Assembly: GCA_041671305.1 (NCBI GenBank)
Contig: JBAZBX010000001.1
Coordinates: 40,821 to 104,820 of the forward strand
Length of the DNA stretch: 64,000 bases
From: Patescibacteria group bacterium
Lineage (GTDB): Bacteria; Patescibacteriota; Patescibacteriia; 2-01-FULL-39-33
Direction of reading: 5' to 3'
Shown: positions 25,465 to 34,951 of the stretch, piece by piece
Position numbering within the stretch: the stretch's first letter is position 1
Layout of the letters: every line of letters starts with the position of its first letter
The notes under the pieces: generated by a model
Databases searched by the model: none
What the model saw: only the letters and a program-made list of their open reading frames with translations
What the model was told of the DNA's origin: nothing
Program-made: the position numbers and the translations under genes

Positions 25465-27000
25465 TTTCTCAATTACCGCTAATTTATAAATATACCCGCT
25501 CAGGAGCGCCTCCCAAGAGGCTTCTTCTATATTCTCTTTAACTCCAACGGTCTCCCAAGTGTGCTGTCCATCAGAAAATTGAATTAGTACTCTCACTTTG
25601 GCCGCCGTACCACGAAAAGCGTCAACCGTTCTCACACTGAAATCAACCAGCTTCAGATGATCAATTTTCTCAGTGTAGCCATTGAGCGACTGACGCAAAA
25701 CATTATCCAGAGCATTGACCGGGCCATCGCCAGAAGCATTGAGCCATTTCTCTTGTCCGTGGATATTTATTTTCAGACTGGCCACGCACTCGCTCCCCTC
25801 TCCTGATTCTTGCTTGTTGAGTATCTGCCACATATTAACTTTGAAATACTCCGGCAAACTACCCAGTTCTTTAATTAAAAACAAATGAAAGGAAGCGTCC
25901 GCCAACCCAAAATTAATTCCTTCATCAACTAAATTCTGATAATTTTTGGCAATCTCGCTGACCTTATCTTCTGGAATTTCTATGGCTAATTCCTGAGCCT
26001 TGGACAAAAGATTGGATTTGCCTGATTGCTCGGTAATTCCAGTAGTAGCAAAATTGCCAAACATCGCCGGATCAGCATGGAGATAACTGCCCGGATCTCT
26101 TTGCTGTCCGGATTCGTGCATGCCCGCCTCGGTATAAAAAGCGGCATCGCCCACGTATGGTTTCTTGGCATCGGGCACGGTATTGACACAGTCGCAAACT
26201 TGGAGGTAGACATCCTTGAGTTTGGCTAATTTTTCCTCGCCAAATCCTTGAGCTTCATGATCAAGGCACAAATTGGGAATTAGCGTCATCAAATCTAAAT
26301 TTCCAGTTCTCTCGCCGAAACCGCCCACCACGCCTTGAATGTGCCTCACGCCAGCCACCCAAGCGGCCTCAGCATTGGCCAGAGCGCGTCCACGGTCATT
26401 GTGAGTATGAATGCCCAACATTTCCATGGGAACGTGCTTGGCGGTCTCAGCTATGGCCTCAGCCACTTTCTCCGGCGTCATTTTGCCGTTGGTATCGCAA
26501 AGTACCAATCTAGTGACACCGCAATCCCAAGCGAGCTTCAAAACTTTCAAAGCATACTCTCTGTCGTCTTCAAAAAATGCTTGAAAATAATGCTCGGCGT
26601 CAAAAATTACTTCTATACTATTTTCTACTAATTTTTTGATTGATTCTCGGATCAAATCCAAATTTTCCTGAGCAGTTTTGAGTAATGATTTCTCCACATC
26701 CCTAAGCCTCACCTTGCCAACTAGCACACCGACTGGCACTTTCAGATCCAAAATAGCACCCACATCGGTCGCATGAGTCCGGCCAAAAGCAGCCACCTTG
26801 GCATTCAAATCCAATTCCAAAGCTTTTCTAATTCTTTCCTGAGCAGAAAAATTAGACGAAGCAAAGCCTAATTCTAAATACTTTACACCCAAATCATCAA
26901 TAGTCCTGATGGCGTGCATGGCGTCATCAATATTGGTCACTTCAATCCCCCTACCCTGTACTCCATCACGAAAAGTCGTGTCTAGAATTTCTAGATTCAT
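25456..27000 (-). CDS. 2-isopropylmalate synthase / citramalate synthase family (LeuA/CimA)
   Basis: LDTTFRDGVQ and HTHNDRGRALANAEAA DRE-TIM metallolyase motifs plus a C-terminal regulatory domain; 514 aa. Confidence 0.85.
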   Translation of the reverse strand: MNLEILDTTFRDGVQGRGIEVTNIDDAMHAIRTIDDLGVKYLELGFASSNFSAQERIRKALELDLNAKVAAFGRTHATDVGAILDLKVPVGVLVGKVRLRDVEKSLLKTAQENLDLIRESIKKLVENSIEVIFDAEHYFQAFFEDDREYALKVLKLAWDCGVTRLVLCDTNGKMTPEKVAEAIAETAKHVPMEMLGIHTHNDRGRALANAEAAWVAGVRHIQGVVGGFGERTGNLDLMTLIPNLCLDHEAQGFGEEKLAKLKDVYLQVCDCVNTVPDAKKPYVGDAAFYTEAGMHESGQQRDPGSYLHADPAMFGNFATTGITEQSGKSNLLSKAQELAIEIPEDKVSEIAKNYQNLVDEGINFGLADASFHLFLIKELGSLPEYFKVNMWQILNKQESGEGSECVASLKINIHGQEKWLNASGDGPVNALDNVLRQSLNGYTEKIDHLKLVDFSVRTVDAFRGTAAKVRVLIQFSDGQHTWETVGVKENIEEASWEALLSGYIYKLAVIEKLA

Positions 27001-27016
27001 AATTTTATTTTATAAT

Positions 27017-27044
27017 TTAAAAAACCCACTCTTGCGAGTGGGCG
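27017..27044 (-). terminator. Rho-independent terminator ending the mraZ-to-murF operon
   Basis: CCCACTC-gcaa-GAGTGGG followed by TTTTTT on the minus strand, downstream of the murF stop. Confidence 0.75.
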
Positions 27045-27176
27045 ATTGACTTTTAAGCAATTCAACACTTCCCACTCAAAAACTGGATAATAATAATGCT
27101 AATAATGTTTGTTCTTGTGGAATGCATAAATTTAAATAAATTATATACAAATATATCCAAAATGTCAAAAAATAAA

Positions 27177-28451
27177 CTAAATCCAAGGTTTTTCCTGCCT
27201 GACCAATAATTCTTTCGCTCTAAGAGGCTCAGCCATAATTTCTTTGACCACTTTTTCCATTCTAGCGCCTTGTGAACCTTTAATTAAAATATAATCGCCC
27301 TGCCTGATTCTCTTTTGGACAAATTTTCCCGCTTCCAAATTTTTGGAAAAAGAAAATACTTTGTCTTTTGGCATTTTCAGCCTGATAGCCTCACCAGCAA
27401 TTATTCTCGCCCTTTCTCCGACAGTTATGAGATAATCAACCTCTGACATCGCCAAAGCCTTGGCCACTTTTTTGTGCCCTTCCTCGGTAAATTCTCCCAG
27501 TTCCAACATATCACCCAAAACCACATACTTCTCATGCTTTGTTTTGATTTTACCTAGAGCATTTATAGCACCAATCATGGATTCAGGGCTGGCATTATAA
27601 CTGTCGTCAATAATAATTGTACCTTTAATTCCGTTTACAATATTCATCCTGCCCTTGGGCGCGGAAAAATGCATTAAATTTTGAGCTATATCCACCAAAT
27701 TCATTTTGTATATCAATCCTATGGCTGAAGCAGCCAAAGCGGAATAAATCAAATGCTCACCCAAAATATGAGGCAAAAGTATGGGCACCGTACTGCCCTC
27801 ATAAGAAAGCTTGAAACTTAAACCCCGGGTATCTCCCTCATTGCCCTGTGAAATATTAACTTCCTGGGCAGTTACATCCGCTCCTTGATCAAAACCATAA
27901 GTCATAATCCTGCCTTTGACATATTTATCCATGCCAGCAACATACTCATTATCCGCATTGAGCACTCCCCAACCATTTTTGTCCAGATGAGAAAGCAAAA
28001 CTGCTTTTTCTTTGGCAATTTTTTCTATGGATTTGAAATGTTCCAAATGGACAGTGCTGACATTAGTCACTACTCCAATTTTGCATGGCGCCAACTCCGT
28101 GAGATATTTCATATCACCAGGATGGTCAACAGCCATTTCCAAAATTAATATTTTGGGATAATTTGGATTTTTGACAATAATTAATCCGATGGCTTTGATA
28201 AATACTCCTAGCCAGCTAAGTGGCGAACGACCGCCTGAATTAGCGCCGATGATGGAAAGAGGCAAGCCGATTTCATTATTATAATTTTTAATATTCCTGC
28301 GAACGTTAAAATTGGAGCTAAGTACCGCGTAAATTGCTTCTTTGGTGGAAGTCTTGCCCACACTTCCTGTCACGCCAATAATATCCGGCTGATATTTTTT
28401 CAAGACGGATTTAGCAAAAGTTTTTAATATTTTTTGTATTAACTTTCTCAT
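27177..28451 (-). CDS. murF: UDP-N-acetylmuramoyl-tripeptide--D-alanyl-D-alanine ligase
   Basis: Mur ligase P-loop GVTGSVGKTSTKE and a C-terminal ILIKGSQGARMEKVV. Confidence 0.8.
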   Translation of the reverse strand: MRKLIQKILKTFAKSVLKKYQPDIIGVTGSVGKTSTKEAIYAVLSSNFNVRRNIKNYNNEIGLPLSIIGANSGGRSPLSWLGVFIKAIGLIIVKNPNYPKILILEMAVDHPGDMKYLTELAPCKIGVVTNVSTVHLEHFKSIEKIAKEKAVLLSHLDKNGWGVLNADNEYVAGMDKYVKGRIMTYGFDQGADVTAQEVNISQGNEGDTRGLSFKLSYEGSTVPILLPHILGEHLIYSALAASAIGLIYKMNLVDIAQNLMHFSAPKGRMNIVNGIKGTIIIDDSYNASPESMIGAINALGKIKTKHEKYVVLGDMLELGEFTEEGHKKVAKALAMSEVDYLITVGERARIIAGEAIRLKMPKDKVFSFSKNLEAGKFVQKRIRQGDYILIKGSQGARMEKVVKEIMAEPLRAKELLVRQEKPWI

Positions 28452-28460
28452 TTTTAATTA

Positions 28461-30365
28461 TTACTTTTTGAGAGCCGGATCGTCTGCGCGATCATAGGGC
28501 ACATTATAATACTGAAGAATGAACTTTCCCACATTGGCAAATACTGGAGCAGCCGAATATTCTCCTGTCTTTCCATATTGAGGCTCTTTTATCACAACGA
28601 ACATAACAAATTTAGGATTAGTAAAAGGAGCATAACCGATAAATGAAGCATTAACCACACTATCAGGCATATATCCTCCGCCATTTTTTGGCACTTGAGC
28701 AGTACCAGTTTTACCAGCCACATGATATCCAGGAATCTGAGCTGTTTTGGCATGGCCATTTTCCGTAACACTAACCATCATACCAGACAACATCATAGCG
28801 GTTTTAGAAGATACCACTTGCTTTAAAACTTTTGGCTGGGTTGAGGAAACCACTTCTTTGCCGGAAAGTATTTGGGATACAATATATGGATGCATAAGTT
28901 TTCCACCGTTAGCAATAGCACCTACTGCTGTAATCATTTGAAGGGGCGTAACCGTAATGCCTTGCCCGAAAGTAGCGGTAGCGGCGTTTATCTCTCCGCG
29001 CAAATTTAAATTGGAAATATCTCCAGGCATTTCTTTGTCTAATTCAATTCCTGTCTTCACTCCAAAGCCGAAATTTTTGACGTAATTGACAAAAACTTTC
29101 TGCGTGGCTTGTTGCATGGCATAGATGACTCCGGTATTAATGGAAGTTTCCAAAACCTGAGTCATGGTTTGAAGTCCATATGATTTATCATTATAATTCC
29201 CTATTTTATACTTACCATAATCCACCACTCCCGTATCCACATAAGTCGTATCCGGTTTAACTTTGCCAACGTCCAAAGCGGCGGCCATGGTTATCGGTTT
29301 AAACACCGATCCCGGCTCATAAGCTTCAAAAATGGCAGGATTATTATATACAGAGATATTGTCTACCTGATTGTACTTATCGGGACTATAATCGGGATAA
29401 GAGCACATGGCCAAAATCGCGCCGGTTTTAGGATCCATAACGATGGCGGAACCGCCCTTGGCTTTTTGTCCCTGAACCATCAGATAAAGCTCTTGGCAAG
29501 TTTTGAATTGTATAGCTCGATCTATAGTCAAAACCAAATCCTGTCCATCTGTTTTTTCTTTGATGGAATTATTACCGACCGCCACGATATTGCCCCAAGC
29601 ATCCCGCTCAGAATGGATTTCTCCCATAGTTCCGGAAAGGATTGAATCAAAGTAACTCTCTAGTCCGTATTTTCCCTTTCGACTATCCCCTGAAAAACCC
29701 CAAAATCCGAATATGTGCCCGCCCATTCCCTGCTCAGGATAAAATCTCCAATCTTCTTCTTTGAATTCTAAGCCTTTTATGTTTAGGGCTTTTATCGCCT
29801 CTACCTGTTTATCAGAAAGTTTGGATCTAATCGGCGCGTATAATTTATTGGGCTGCGAGAGAATGCCGGTAAGCCGAACTAATTCTTTGCTTTTTTGCTC
29901 TTGAAACCACTGTTCTTGCTGAGTCTTGTTATTTTTCTGCATCAGATCATCTACGGTACTAGATGAGCTGGTAACGGCAATTATCGGGGATAAATTTTCA
30001 TATTTTATTCCATCCGACAAACCCAGAATTCCAAATAATTTATCCGCCGTGCTACTAGCGTCTTCTACACTTACCGGCACAGCGTAAAGCATATTTAATT
30101 TCTGATTTGTTACCAAGGGGAAAAGCGTCTTGCCGGTAATTGTGCTTTCAGAGACATAGATAGATCCTCGTTCTGGAAAAAGTTTTTGATACAAATCATG
30201 CTGACCTGCCGCCAAAGCCGAATAAAATCCGCCACGGATGATTTGTAAAGTAAAAAGCCGCGCCACAATACACAAAGAAAAAATAATAAAAAAAACAGCC
30301 AACACTGTTATTCTTTTTTTCTCGCTATATTGTTTCTTTTTTAAGAGTGAAGAGCGCCAATCCAT
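28461..30365 (-). CDS. ftsI: Penicillin-binding protein 2/3 class transpeptidase
   Basis: N-terminal TM, dimerization domain, and transpeptidase S*xxK, SxN and KTG(T) motifs (GSVFKP, KTGTAQ); 634 aa; dcw position. Confidence 0.9.
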   Translation of the reverse strand: MDWRSSLLKKKQYSEKKRITVLAVFFIIFSLCIVARLFTLQIIRGGFYSALAAGQHDLYQKLFPERGSIYVSESTITGKTLFPLVTNQKLNMLYAVPVSVEDASSTADKLFGILGLSDGIKYENLSPIIAVTSSSSTVDDLMQKNNKTQQEQWFQEQKSKELVRLTGILSQPNKLYAPIRSKLSDKQVEAIKALNIKGLEFKEEDWRFYPEQGMGGHIFGFWGFSGDSRKGKYGLESYFDSILSGTMGEIHSERDAWGNIVAVGNNSIKEKTDGQDLVLTIDRAIQFKTCQELYLMVQGQKAKGGSAIVMDPKTGAILAMCSYPDYSPDKYNQVDNISVYNNPAIFEAYEPGSVFKPITMAAALDVGKVKPDTTYVDTGVVDYGKYKIGNYNDKSYGLQTMTQVLETSINTGVIYAMQQATQKVFVNYVKNFGFGVKTGIELDKEMPGDISNLNLRGEINAATATFGQGITVTPLQMITAVGAIANGGKLMHPYIVSQILSGKEVVSSTQPKVLKQVVSSKTAMMLSGMMVSVTENGHAKTAQIPGYHVAGKTGTAQVPKNGGGYMPDSVVNASFIGYAPFTNPKFVMFVVIKEPQYGKTGEYSAAPVFANVGKFILQYYNVPYDRADDPALKK

Positions 30366-30401
30366 AGTTTTTTAATTATCATCGCAATGACTCTTTTTGC
30401 T

Positions 30402-30773
30402 CTATTTCATGGCTACGATAGATCCAACTGGTGATATAACCTCAACTCTGGAAATAGGCACTAAATCTGATTTGGAAGCCCCGTTTACTATATTAGCCAT
30501 TGACTGTAATTGAATATAATTCAAATTAAGTTTGGTACTTACTTCCTGCAAGTCGGATAACTGCCTTTGCAAATCATTGACTTGATATCCTTTGGTGGCT
30601 GTAATATTAGTCTGCATCAGATATGCCACTCCGACTAAAACCGTTATAACTACCACGAGCGAGGTGCCTTTCATGCCACAGAGAAAACAAGCGGCCAAAG
30701 ATCCAAATCCTTTTTTCGGATTCAATTCAGGAAAATGATGATTAGATTTTTCGTGCTTCCAAAACCTTCCCAT
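30402..30773 (-). CDS. FtsL/DivIC-like cell-division protein (assigned by position)
   Basis: Small bitopic protein with one TM followed by a coiled-coil (LQRQLSDLQE), between rsmH and ftsI. Confidence 0.5.
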   Translation of the reverse strand: MGRFWKHEKSNHHFPELNPKKGFGSLAACFLCGMKGTSLVVVITVLVGVAYLMQTNITATKGYQVNDLQRQLSDLQEVSTKLNLNYIQLQSMANIVNGASKSDLVPISRVEVISPVGSIVAMK

Positions 30774-30785
30774 ATATGATTATGA

Positions 30786-31691
30786 TTAGTTAAAAGTTTT
30801 CTCAATGACTCGCAGTTTTGCGCTTCTGCTACGCGGATTCTCCTGGCTTTCTTGCTCCGTAGCGACTATCGGCTTCTTGGTGATAATTTTTATTCTTGGC
30901 TTATCCTGCTTGGATTCGTCTCTGAAATAATTCTTGATTATCCTATCTTCTCCTGAATGGAAAGAAATTACCGCCAATCTTCCTCCGGACTTAAGTAATT
31001 CTATGGCTTGAGGAAGTACCGTATGGATATTGCCGAATTCATCATTAACCGCAATACGCAACGCCTGAAATACTTTGGTGGCGGGCGATTTTTTGGATTT
31101 AGCACGGTAATGCCTGCCATAAACGCCTTCAACTAGTTGCACCAAAGCCTCTACCGTCTCTATTTTATTTCCTGCCTCTCTTTCCGCAACGATCTTCTTG
31201 GCTATAGGCCAAGCTAGAGGCTCCTCTCCGTATTCCTTAAATATTCTGAATAATTCTTTTTGATTGTATGATTGCAAAATCTCCGCTGCCGTCATCTGAT
31301 CAGATGAGGCATTATATCTCATGTCAAGAGTTCCGCTATCTTGGAAACTAAATCCCCGACTCCTTGCGCCGAGCTGATCTGATGATAGCCCAAGGTCAAG
31401 TAGAACACCGTCAATTTTGCCAATTCGCTTATCATCGCTTAATTTTTTATAAATATTTTTTAAATTCCGATAATTATCATTTACCAGAATTAAATTTTTA
31501 TTACTACTGGTCTGAATGACACTGGGATCCAAATCAATTCCGATAAGCTTGCCATCAGGTTTTATGCGCTCCAAAATTTCCAATGAATGACCACCGCCTC
31601 CAAAAGTACAATCTATAAAATTCTGTCCAGGCTGAGGGTCTAAATACTGCAATACCTCCTGCAAGAGCACTGGCTCATGGATCGTGGCCAT
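30786..31691 (-). CDS. rsmH: 16S rRNA (cytosine1402-N4)-methyltransferase
   Basis: MraW family; FIDCTFGGGGHS SAM-binding motif. Confidence 0.9.
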   Translation of the reverse strand: MATIHEPVLLQEVLQYLDPQPGQNFIDCTFGGGGHSLEILERIKPDGKLIGIDLDPSVIQTSSNKNLILVNDNYRNLKNIYKKLSDDKRIGKIDGVLLDLGLSSDQLGARSRGFSFQDSGTLDMRYNASSDQMTAAEILQSYNQKELFRIFKEYGEEPLAWPIAKKIVAEREAGNKIETVEALVQLVEGVYGRHYRAKSKKSPATKVFQALRIAVNDEFGNIHTVLPQAIELLKSGGRLAVISFHSGEDRIIKNYFRDESKQDKPRIKIITKKPIVATEQESQENPRSRSAKLRVIEKTFN

Positions 31692-31710
31692 ATCTATATA
31701 AAATTATATT

Positions 31711-32139
31711 TTAGGTACCCAGACTACTGAGAGCTTCAGCAATATTATTATAATTTTTTTCACTCTCTTCCTTGTAATTATTCCATCTGTCTTCATCCCA
31801 GATTTCCAATCTATTATATAATCCAGCGATAATAACATTCTTACTGATACCGGCAAACCTTCTCAAATATTCAGGCAAAATAATTCTTCCCTGTTTATCA
31901 AACTCCACTTCCATCGCTCCGGCAAGTATTGCCCTGGAAAAAGCGCGATTATCTGACTTGTCTATAGATAGAGAAGCTATTTTGGTAGCCATTTTATCCC
32001 ATTCTTTTTGTGGATAAAGAAAAAGACAATTATCCAAGCCCTTAGTTACAACTGCCTTTTTTAATTCAGACCTAAATTTCGCAGGAACTGCAACCCGCCC
32101 CTTATTATCCAAGCTATGAGTGTACTGGCCTATAAACAT
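31711..32139 (-). CDS. mraZ: Transcriptional regulator MraZ
   Basis: Two DxxxR-type MraZ repeats (LDNKGRVAVPAKFR and DKQGRIILPEYLR); 142 aa; head of the dcw cluster. Confidence 0.9.
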   Translation of the reverse strand: MFIGQYTHSLDNKGRVAVPAKFRSELKKAVVTKGLDNCLFLYPQKEWDKMATKIASLSIDKSDNRAFSRAILAGAMEVEFDKQGRIILPEYLRRFAGISKNVIIAGLYNRLEIWDEDRWNNYKEESEKNYNNIAEALSSLGT

Positions 32140-32250
32140 GTTTTTTGTTGTTTGTGAAATTCACCACTTTTCACCATTTGTATTCATTATACACCACCAA
32201 CACACCACCGTCAAACATTATTCTGCATAAATTCTACATAATTATGTAAT

Positions 32251-32280
32251 TAAAAATGCCCGAAAATCGGGCATTTTTAT
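32251..32280. terminator. Bidirectional terminator hairpin
   Basis: AAAAATGCCCG-aaaat-CGGGCATTTTT. Confidence 0.65.
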
Positions 32281-32475
32281 TAATCCAAATAAACTAAGTG
32301 GAAAACGTGGGGATAATTTTAATTTTTCTCTACTTAAATAATCCCATCAGTACAGCAGAAGAAATAATTATCAACATGTACACCGTCAAAATAATTACAC
32401 TAATTCCGGAAGAGATGGTGACCTTGGTTTTGGTTTGAGTTTCAGTTTGAAGTTTTGGTTTTTGCATATTGTAAT

Positions 32476-32874
32476 TTAAGTTATATTTGGTTCTCTATCA
32501 TAGAATGGCAAAACAATACTTCCCTTTTTAACTTTTTTAATTTTAATCAATAGCTTACTAATTAAATCATCATTATTTTCAAATTCATCCTTTCTAATTC
32601 CAGCAACCGGGACTTTCCAGGCATAGCCAAGCGTATTGGCCACCACTACTCCAATTCTGACCGATGTAAATCCACCCGGTCCAGAAACAACGCCAATCCC
32701 CTTCAATTGAGAAAATTTTATCTTCTGCGTGGTTATAATTTTCTCAATACCAACGAGTAATTTCTCCGATTGCTTTCGCTCACCGATAATTTTCTTGTGC
32801 CAAAAATTAACCTTGTCTTTGACAAGAAATATTTCAATGCCCTTATCGTCTGTGGTATTAATTATTAAATACAT
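32476..32874 (-). CDS. tsaB: tRNA t6A biosynthesis protein TsaB-like (YeaZ family, short form)
   Basis: GIGVVSGPGGFTSVRIGVVVANTLGYAWKVP, typical of the YeaZ N-terminal domain; only 132 aa. Confidence 0.6.
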   Translation of the reverse strand: MYLIINTTDDKGIEIFLVKDKVNFWHKKIIGERKQSEKLLVGIEKIITTQKIKFSQLKGIGVVSGPGGFTSVRIGVVVANTLGYAWKVPVAGIRKDEFENNDDLISKLLIKIKKVKKGSIVLPFYDREPNIT

Positions 32875-32877
32875 AAA

Positions 32878-34251
32878 TTAATATATTATAACCTTTGTCC
32901 CAATATCAACCCAATCATAAATCAACTTAGCCTGCGCCGTCAACATATTTACGCAACCATGGCTCATCACATGCCCAAAATTACTGTGCCAATAAGTTCC
33001 ATGAATTGTATACGCTCCCTTAAACGACGCTACCCAAGGCACATTGGGCAAATTATAATCCGTTCCAACCATATTTACTTTTGGCCTTTTTTTGAATATA
33101 GAGAATAATCCTTTTGGCGTCGGTTTACTGGCTAACCCAGAAGAAATCAAAAATGTATCTAATTTTCTCCCATCTTGCCAATATGTCAATTTCTGATTTT
33201 TTAAATCAACATCAATAAATTTGTAATCACCGCTTCTATAGCTATCAAAAGTTCTCTCCGGTAAAGTCACGATTTCATTTTTTCCGTCACCGTCTATATC
33301 GCCCACTGCATTTTTTATTCCACCCAGATAGTTATCCAACTCATACGGCTTAAATTCTTTCAATAAAGTCCCCTTGGTGTCAAAAACTCTTACTACGGCA
33401 AAGCCATGGAAACTGGGACTAACTACGATTTCCGAATTTCCATCACCATTTAAATCTCCGCCGGAAACATTTATTCCTCCATTATATTTATCATCAAAGG
33501 CCGCAAACCTCCCTGTCTCTGCCAAATCAGAATTCAAAATTAGCACTTCTGGCTTATTGCCATAACCCGGAGAAATCAAAATAGCTTCTTTACTGCCGAA
33601 AAGAGGTAATTTTCCCAAGTTCACCCCTCCCGCATTACCAAAATCCAATTTTTTATTTTTTAATATCTTTCCTTGCGTGTCATAGACAGCAATCTGAGCC
33701 GGCTGATTGAGGTTTGAACCGGTTACTATTTCAGACTTATTGTCGCCATTTAAATCAACAACCAAGACCTTGATCCCGCTTCGGCCATTATTATCGCCGG
33801 AGAAAAAATTAAAGAAATTATTTCCATCGCCATAAAATCCTCGCACCTGAGGTCCGCCTCTATATCCCGCTCCGGTCGCAATCTCAGATTTCCCGTCCCC
33901 ATCTATATCTCCAGCAGAAATAAAGACTCCGCCTTTAAAAGACTCCGCATAAGCCATAAACTCTCCCATCTTCTGACCATTGTCTGACCATATTTCTACC
34001 CTGGGAGAATTTCCACTGCCCGTAGAAACAATAATTTCCTCCTTGCCGTCATTATCAATATCGCCCAGACTCAGATCAGTATTTCCCAGATAAATATTGC
34101 CACCCAATACTTCAAAACTTGTTTTCAACTTTCCCTCAGAATCAAATATCTTTATTTGTGGAGAAATAACATTGCCAGCCTTGGTTATAGCAGGAAATAT
34201 TATTAAGCCCAGCACTATCATTAAAAATGATACAAAAAATATTTTTTTCAT
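32878..34251 (-). CDS. Secreted FG-GAP/VCBS-repeat protein with a C-terminal L,D-transpeptidase (YkuD) domain
   Basis: Signal peptide; repeated GDIDGDGKxEI motifs; C-terminal HGTYWHSNFGHVMSHGCVNM catalytic His/Cys motif. Confidence 0.75.
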   Translation of the reverse strand: MKKIFFVSFLMIVLGLIIFPAITKAGNVISPQIKIFDSEGKLKTSFEVLGGNIYLGNTDLSLGDIDNDGKEEIIVSTGSGNSPRVEIWSDNGQKMGEFMAYAESFKGGVFISAGDIDGDGKSEIATGAGYRGGPQVRGFYGDGNNFFNFFSGDNNGRSGIKVLVVDLNGDNKSEIVTGSNLNQPAQIAVYDTQGKILKNKKLDFGNAGGVNLGKLPLFGSKEAILISPGYGNKPEVLILNSDLAETGRFAAFDDKYNGGINVSGGDLNGDGNSEIVVSPSFHGFAVVRVFDTKGTLLKEFKPYELDNYLGGIKNAVGDIDGDGKNEIVTLPERTFDSYRSGDYKFIDVDLKNQKLTYWQDGRKLDTFLISSGLASKPTPKGLFSIFKKRPKVNMVGTDYNLPNVPWVASFKGAYTIHGTYWHSNFGHVMSHGCVNMLTAQAKLIYDWVDIGTKVIIY

Positions 34252-34850
34252 CGCTGAGTTTTTAATTTATCAACAAGAATCAAATTCTTGTGCTCAAGCA
34301 GGTCATAAAGGAACTTATCAGTCAGACCTCTTCTATACAAGAAATCAGCCTTGGTTAAAATAGTATAGTTGATAGATCGTCCTAATTCTTTCTCAAATCC
34401 GCGAATAATCTTCTGAAAATTAGCTTTTTTAACATTTCCGACCACAAGTACATCTGCCGGAGCATCTTCCCAGCCCACAAACACACCAGAGAGAAGGAAA
34501 AAATAGATATCGCCCATCTTATCCACTTTCTGAAGCAATGACTGATCCATAATCAAATTAGACTTAACCAAAAGCGACCGTAATTCATCTACAAAGATAA
34601 AATTTCTATTGAGTTTATAGTATTTTTTATTGTCTTTTAACTCTTTCTCCACCTCCTTTTCAAAATCTTCCTTGGTAGAAGCTTCAATAATGCCAATACT
34701 TTCCAAATTATTGAGTTCCCTGCGTACTGAATTTAAATGGAGATCCAAATTCCTGGCCATTTCCCTGACAAAATAAAATTTTTCTGGATTATTAATAAAA
34801 AGCCGAAGCAATAACACTCTGGCCTTTGATCCAAAAATTTGTTCAAGCAT
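34248..34850 (-). CDS. Winged-helix DNA-binding-like protein (hypothetical regulator)
   Basis: N-terminal ARVLLLRLF...FYFVREMARNL...NSVRRELNNLESIGII wHTH-like segment; 200 aa. Confidence 0.35.
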   Translation of the reverse strand: MLEQIFGSKARVLLLRLFINNPEKFYFVREMARNLDLHLNSVRRELNNLESIGIIEASTKEDFEKEVEKELKDNKKYYKLNRNFIFVDELRSLLVKSNLIMDQSLLQKVDKMGDIYFFLLSGVFVGWEDAPADVLVVGNVKKANFQKIIRGFEKELGRSINYTILTKADFLYRRGLTDKFLYDLLEHKNLILVDKLKTQR

Positions 34851-34951
34851 AATATGTGTTTGTGCCTTAGTTAAATTGGCGCGATTTTGTGTTTGTGATA
34901 CTTTTATTGTATAATAATATAATTAAACTGTAAAGAAAAAGACTGCCCCAA